A stretch of 9,386 bases of DNA. It comes from Selaginella moellendorffii (taxonomy: Eukaryota > Plantae > Lycopodiophyta). How positions within the stretch are numbered: position 1 is the stretch's first letter; each line of letters starts with the position of its first letter. A model generated the notes under the pieces. The model worked only from the letters and a program-made list of their open reading frames with translations. It had not been told where the DNA came from and made no database searches. The stretch lies in NCBI RefSeq assembly GCF_000143415.4, contig NW_003314606.1:1-9386 (forward strand), in the 5' to 3' direction. The translations under genes were made by a program, and so were the position numbers. Positions 7,759-9,386 of this stretch are shown here, piece after piece.

Positions 7759-8892
7759 TGTCGCGCATGTGACTTCGGGTATCGAAAGTTACCTGTCGGC
7801 TAGTCCTTACGGACACTCTTACCTTACTGCCACGACGGCAGGAGGTCGGTATTGCTGGACCCTTTATCAGTCCCTCTTGTGCTAGTGGAGTTAACTGGGC
7901 ATTTCGAGTGTACTTAGACCGGACGAGTATAAGGACGGAATTCCTACGTGTTATTAGCTAAGCATACTTAGCCCGGTAAGGAGTTCCCGTCTCGTTTTGT
8001 CTTGCACTTGCTAGTGACAAGAACCCTCGCGTATTGAGATTAGTCCCTCAATATCGCTACATGATAGCTTACCGTGTCTGCCAAACACTCTCGCTATCAT
8101 GCCCTTTGTGTTAGTCTCATTTCGGTCCCAAATACTATTTATGGAAAGTGTCCAGGTTTGCTCATTTGGCATATCTACGGAATGTAGAGATCGGCCTGAA
8201 CACAATGGTGTTCGTCCCGTGTCCAAATTCGCAATCTAGGGACATTCCATATTTAGTAAGTTTCGAGCTTGTCCCAGAGACTAACTCCTGATACTAAGGG
8301 AGGCTTGGGGTGAAAGCCCAAAGCGTGTGTTCCTCAAGGGGGGGGGGGCTATAGGGGGTTCCAAATGTATAGTAGGGATAGTGGGTAGGTCGGGCATGGC
8401 CGACCAACCTGAGGCATAGTCTAGCTCCCGCTTGCGTGCCTGTCCTTGTTCTGCGTCCGGCTTGGGTCTAAGCCCAAGTTCCATTCCATGCTAGCTGGTG
8501 GAGTACCCATACTCTCACGTTAGGCCACCGGTATGCCGAAATAGCGCCAGACTCCGTTTGGCTCCGTTTTGCGTGCTAGTCCTGGCATTGGGATGTTGGT
8601 TACTTCAGGACTGTTCCAAGTCGCTCCGGGCTCCTGTCCCTTCGCTCCTTGGGCTATATGCTCGGGAGTTGCTCCGTGGTCCGGTTCCATCACTCCTTGG
8701 CGTCACGCTTAGGAGTTTGGCATCGTTCCTTCGTTCAGTGGCCCAAGGCCCTAAACCTCGGGTTCCTATGGACACGTGGTATGTGACATGTGGCATCTGT
8801 CACGTGGCACAAAGAGGGTTTAGGTTCCGCTTCGTGGTGTTATCCTATGGTAAATCACCATAGGATAAAGGGTCAAAACCACGTGCGCTACA
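7759..8892 (+). mobile_element. 5' LTR (1,134 bp) of an LTR retrotransposon
   Basis: Starts TGTCGCGCATGTG and ends CACGTGCGCTACA: TG...CA with an 11/13 terminal inverted repeat. A PBS follows 2 nt later. Predicted 5-bp TSD is GATTT (7754-7758); the partner copy is outside the window. Confidence 0.85.
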
Positions 8893-8894
8893 GT

Positions 8895-8906
8895 TGGTAT
8901 CAGAGC
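8895..8906 (+). other. Primer binding site complementary to the 3' end of initiator tRNA-Met
   Basis: TGGTATCAGAGC immediately after the LTR terminal CA. Confidence 0.92.
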
Positions 8907-9069
8907 AAATGGCACGGGTTCGATTCCCATTGATTAGTGGCTACTTAAAAAGTATAATATACCCTTGAGCAAGGTATATTCCTACCCCTAAATTTGAAAT
9001 CGTACGTATTGGGCATCCATGCGTACGTCCTTCCTCTTGTGTGGAGTATCCACAGACGAAGGTATCCAC

Positions 9070-9386
9070 CGTGGGACTGCGGTACGGGTGGATGACTAGT
9101 TGCCTCACATGGAATAGCTGATCTACACAATGGAAGGATTGGTAGATTGAGTGCGGAAATGGAGGTGCTGGTTCCCCTTGGCTCAGTAGGGGTTGCTAGT
9201 CAATAGTCAATGAGGACATTGACATCTCTGAAGGGGGGGTGAAGCGTGGGACTGCGGTATGGGTGGATGACTAGTTGCCTTACATAGAATAGCTGATCTA
9301 CACAATGGAAGGATTGGTAGATTGAGTGTGGAAATGGATTGGTAGATTGAGTGCGGAAATGGAGGTGCTGGTTCCCCTTGGCTCAG
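9070..9386 (+). repeat. Direct repeat in the retroelement leader (175-bp offset) with a nested 25-bp duplication
   Basis: 9070-9186 is nearly identical to 9245-9386. The second copy has GGATTGGTAGATTGAGTGYGGAAAT twice (9311-9335 and 9336-9360). It runs off the window end. Confidence 0.92.

Noticed and set aside
8895-8930. A tRNA gene or SINE at the PBS and GGTTCGATTCC
   Set aside because: No full cloverleaf can be built; the PBS is antisense to the tRNA 3' end and is explained by LTR priming.
8011-9130. ORFs inside the LTR and leader, including 8498-8863
   Set aside because: No gag, protease, RT or integrase motifs; the PVPSLLG duplication reflects a DNA repeat within the LTR.

Overview
Eukaryotic, plant-type DNA: it has a TTTAGGG telomere-like tract, very short 45-56 nt GT-AG introns (as in compact genomes such as Selaginella; the host is an inference) and an iMet-primed LTR element. 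The scattered + strand ORFs between 2044 and 7665 splice into one gene of about 1,643 codons with 11 coding exons. The predicted protein has a ParB/Srx-like domain, a degenerate beta-class N6A/N4C DNA-methyltransferase-like domain, a basic/acidic/Pro-rich low-complexity region and a C-terminal FCP1/NIF-type HAD phosphatase-like domain. Two in-frame stops (TGA 3384, TAG 5677) look like C>T deaminations, so this copy is probably a young pseudogene. About 14 copies of a 22-bp spaced palindrome, ATGGCRTG-N6-CAYGCCAT, lie upstream, in 5 of 10 introns, in one exon and in the 3' UTR, but none in the neighbouring retroelement. This suggests a ParB/parS-like self-recognition system carried by a plant mobile locus. 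From 7759 to the end lie the 5' LTR, PBS and repeat-rich leader of an LTR retrotransposon inserted just after the stop codon. Domain calls are by eye from motifs and need HMM or structure confirmation.
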